Shown here: positions 61,900-64,000 of the stretch, piece after piece
Layout of the letters: every line of letters starts with the position of its first letter
Numbering within the stretch: position 1 is the stretch's first letter
Source: the human T2T-CHM13v2.0 reference genome, Homo sapiens
Length of the DNA stretch: 64,000 nucleotides
Assembly: GCF_009914755.1 (NCBI RefSeq)
Contig: NC_060935.1
Direction: 5' to 3' (one strand)
The notes under the pieces: generated by a model
What the model was told of the DNA's origin: nothing
Seen by the model: the letters and a program-made list of their open reading frames with translations, nothing else
Database searches by the model: none
Position numbers and translations under genes: made by a program

Positions 61900-64000
61900 G
61901 AATCAATACAGCACTAAAGTATTCGTTTTAATAACTGCGGCATTTCATAGAGTCAATGCAATGCTATTTAGTCAATCATTCTCCTGCTGTTGGGTTCAAA
62001 CTGTTCATACTTCTTTGCCACTACAAACAAGCTTCAATAAACATCTTCATATACATATCTTTATATCCTGGAAATTTTTCTCAGTACAACTGATTTCCAA
62101 AAGGAATATCTGCAAGTTACAGTTTATCTTATTCTAAGCAGGCAATGCCAAATTACCTTCCCAAAGGATTCCACAATTTTATTTTTATTAGCAATGTATG
62201 GAAGAATTGTTTCCCCACATTCTCACGAGCACTGAATATTATCCCTCTTTTAATTTATCCCAAACTGGTGGGTGAAAAATGGCATCTTATTGTGGATTTA
62301 ATTTGCATTTCCCTGACTAGCGATATTGAACATATTATATTTTCATGTTTCTCGGTCATTTGGTGTTTACTTTTGACCTGTTTATATTCTTTGACCACTT
62401 TTACACTGGGGTTTTGTGTCATTCTTAAAATTTTGTAAGTGTTTTGGAAACTAGGGATACTAAAAAAAGGTGTATGCTACAAATTTGTTGCCCAATTTAT
62501 AATTATTTTCTATTTTATTGATGGAGATTTTGACATTAAGAAATTTTTTATTTTCATGTAATCAAATATATTATCTTTTTCACTATGACTTCTGAGGTTT
62601 TGGGTTTTTTTAGTTAATAATTAGGAAGATTTTTGCTACTCGAAGATCATACAACTGTTTTCTCATTTTGTCTTACAGTGAGTTAATTGTTACTTTTGAC
62701 ATTGCAAACTTCATTCTATTTGGAATATATTTTTGAATAGCATGAATTAACATTCTTTTATATTAATCTTCCTTATGGCTGGCTAATTATGTTAGTACCA
62801 TTTCTTAAATAAGTCATTCCCTACTGAAATATAAATGTCTATTTTGTCGTATAACATGTTATATATTTTTGTATCTGTTTCTGTATTTTTTCTAGTCTTT
62901 TCTCATGCTATTTCATTGTTTCTGTGGTAAATTTTAATATCTAATAAAGCAAATCACCCTTCACCAATCTTTTTTTACTTTCCTATTTCTTATAAACTTA
63001 ATAGCTATATGAACATAACTAATTCTTCCAGTTCCCCACCAACTATCCCAAATAACTATTCGAGTTGTGATTGGTATTGGAGGACCATTTTTCGACAATT
63101 TTGGAAGAATTAATATTTTTGTGACACTAAATTTTTTCATCAAGAAATATGGTCTTTTTCTCACTTTTTTTCAGTTTGCATTCTATGCCATCTGGTAAAA
63201 TGTTAGTGTTTTCCTGTGATAAACTAAGTGATTTTTCCATTAAGTTTACCCTTAGGTATTTTATACTATTTGTTAAGATTATTAAATTATTTTCCTGTTA
63301 TATTTCTGAGCATTATTATTTTGTTATTGCTTTGTGTTTGTAGTCTTGATTTCCAAATATGTCCCACTGTTGTTTAAAATCCTGTTTGTGTGGGGCATTA
63401 TTTGTTTTGTTTTTTTGTCGAAGTCTCTTGGATTTTCTAAATGTGTAATACTGTAATCTACAAACAAAGTAATTTGCTGCTGCTTTGCCAGTATTTGTAT
63501 GGGTTTTTAGTTTCTTGCATTATTGCATAATATGCAACCTAAGGAAACAATTCCAACTAATAATAATAATAGTTCTATACTTGTCTCATCCCTGATTTTA
63601 AATAGCTATAAAAGCTTACATTTGGAATTACATTTGATTCTGTATTTGCAGGTTTAGAGCATTTTCCTGTTGCTCCTACTTTCATAGAACTTATATTTAG
63701 AATGGAGGGTAAATTTTATGTTATTTAATTTTTGTCTTTTCTATTTGGCAATTTATACACTCATGTAATTTTTTTCTCCTCTAATTTATTACACTAAAAG
63801 ACCTTCCAATCAAAGCCATTCTGGCCTTTCTAAAACCAACTGTTCATATTCACATTTTTTGTATATGCTACTGAATATTTTATTCATAATTTTTGTATCT
63901 GCATGCATAAGGGAATGTTGTCATAACTCTCTTTTTGTTATTTCCTTACTAGATTTGGCATTAGGATCTTTTCATCTGTTACCAAAGTCTACTATTAAAA
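61900..64000 (-). mobile_element. Old L1M(E) antisense fragments in the GLYATL1 intron
   Basis: aaaatggcatcttattgtggatttaatttgcatttccctgac and T-rich ORF2-like sequence. Confidence 0.7.

Overview
Primate (almost certainly human) genomic DNA from the glycine N-acyltransferase-like cluster, recognised as the GLYATL1 locus on 11q12.1. The + strand carries the last three exons of a decayed GLYATL1 paralog (3.7-5.0 kb; lost splice donor and premature TAG) and, one ~62.75-kb duplication unit downstream, the first coding exons of GLYATL1 (58.6 and 59.4 kb). Between them are a CpG island with E2F/CCAAT sites, a truncated ERV3/HERV-E-like provirus, a two-LTR HERV-K(HML-5) provirus with a Met PBS and 6-bp TSD, several solo LTRs, and L1, Alu, L2 and MIR copies. 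The most notable signal is that two sense-oriented ERV1 elements appear to supply GLYATL1's 5' exons, including an in-frame 31-aa N-terminal extension read through a MER57 LTR, a GC-AG intron and the viral primer-binding site. There are also several locally templated, fold-back insertion scars. No prokaryotic-type system (CRISPR etc.) is present. Repeat subfamily names come from recalled consensus sequences, not a database search, and repeat boundaries are approximate unless a TSD is quoted.
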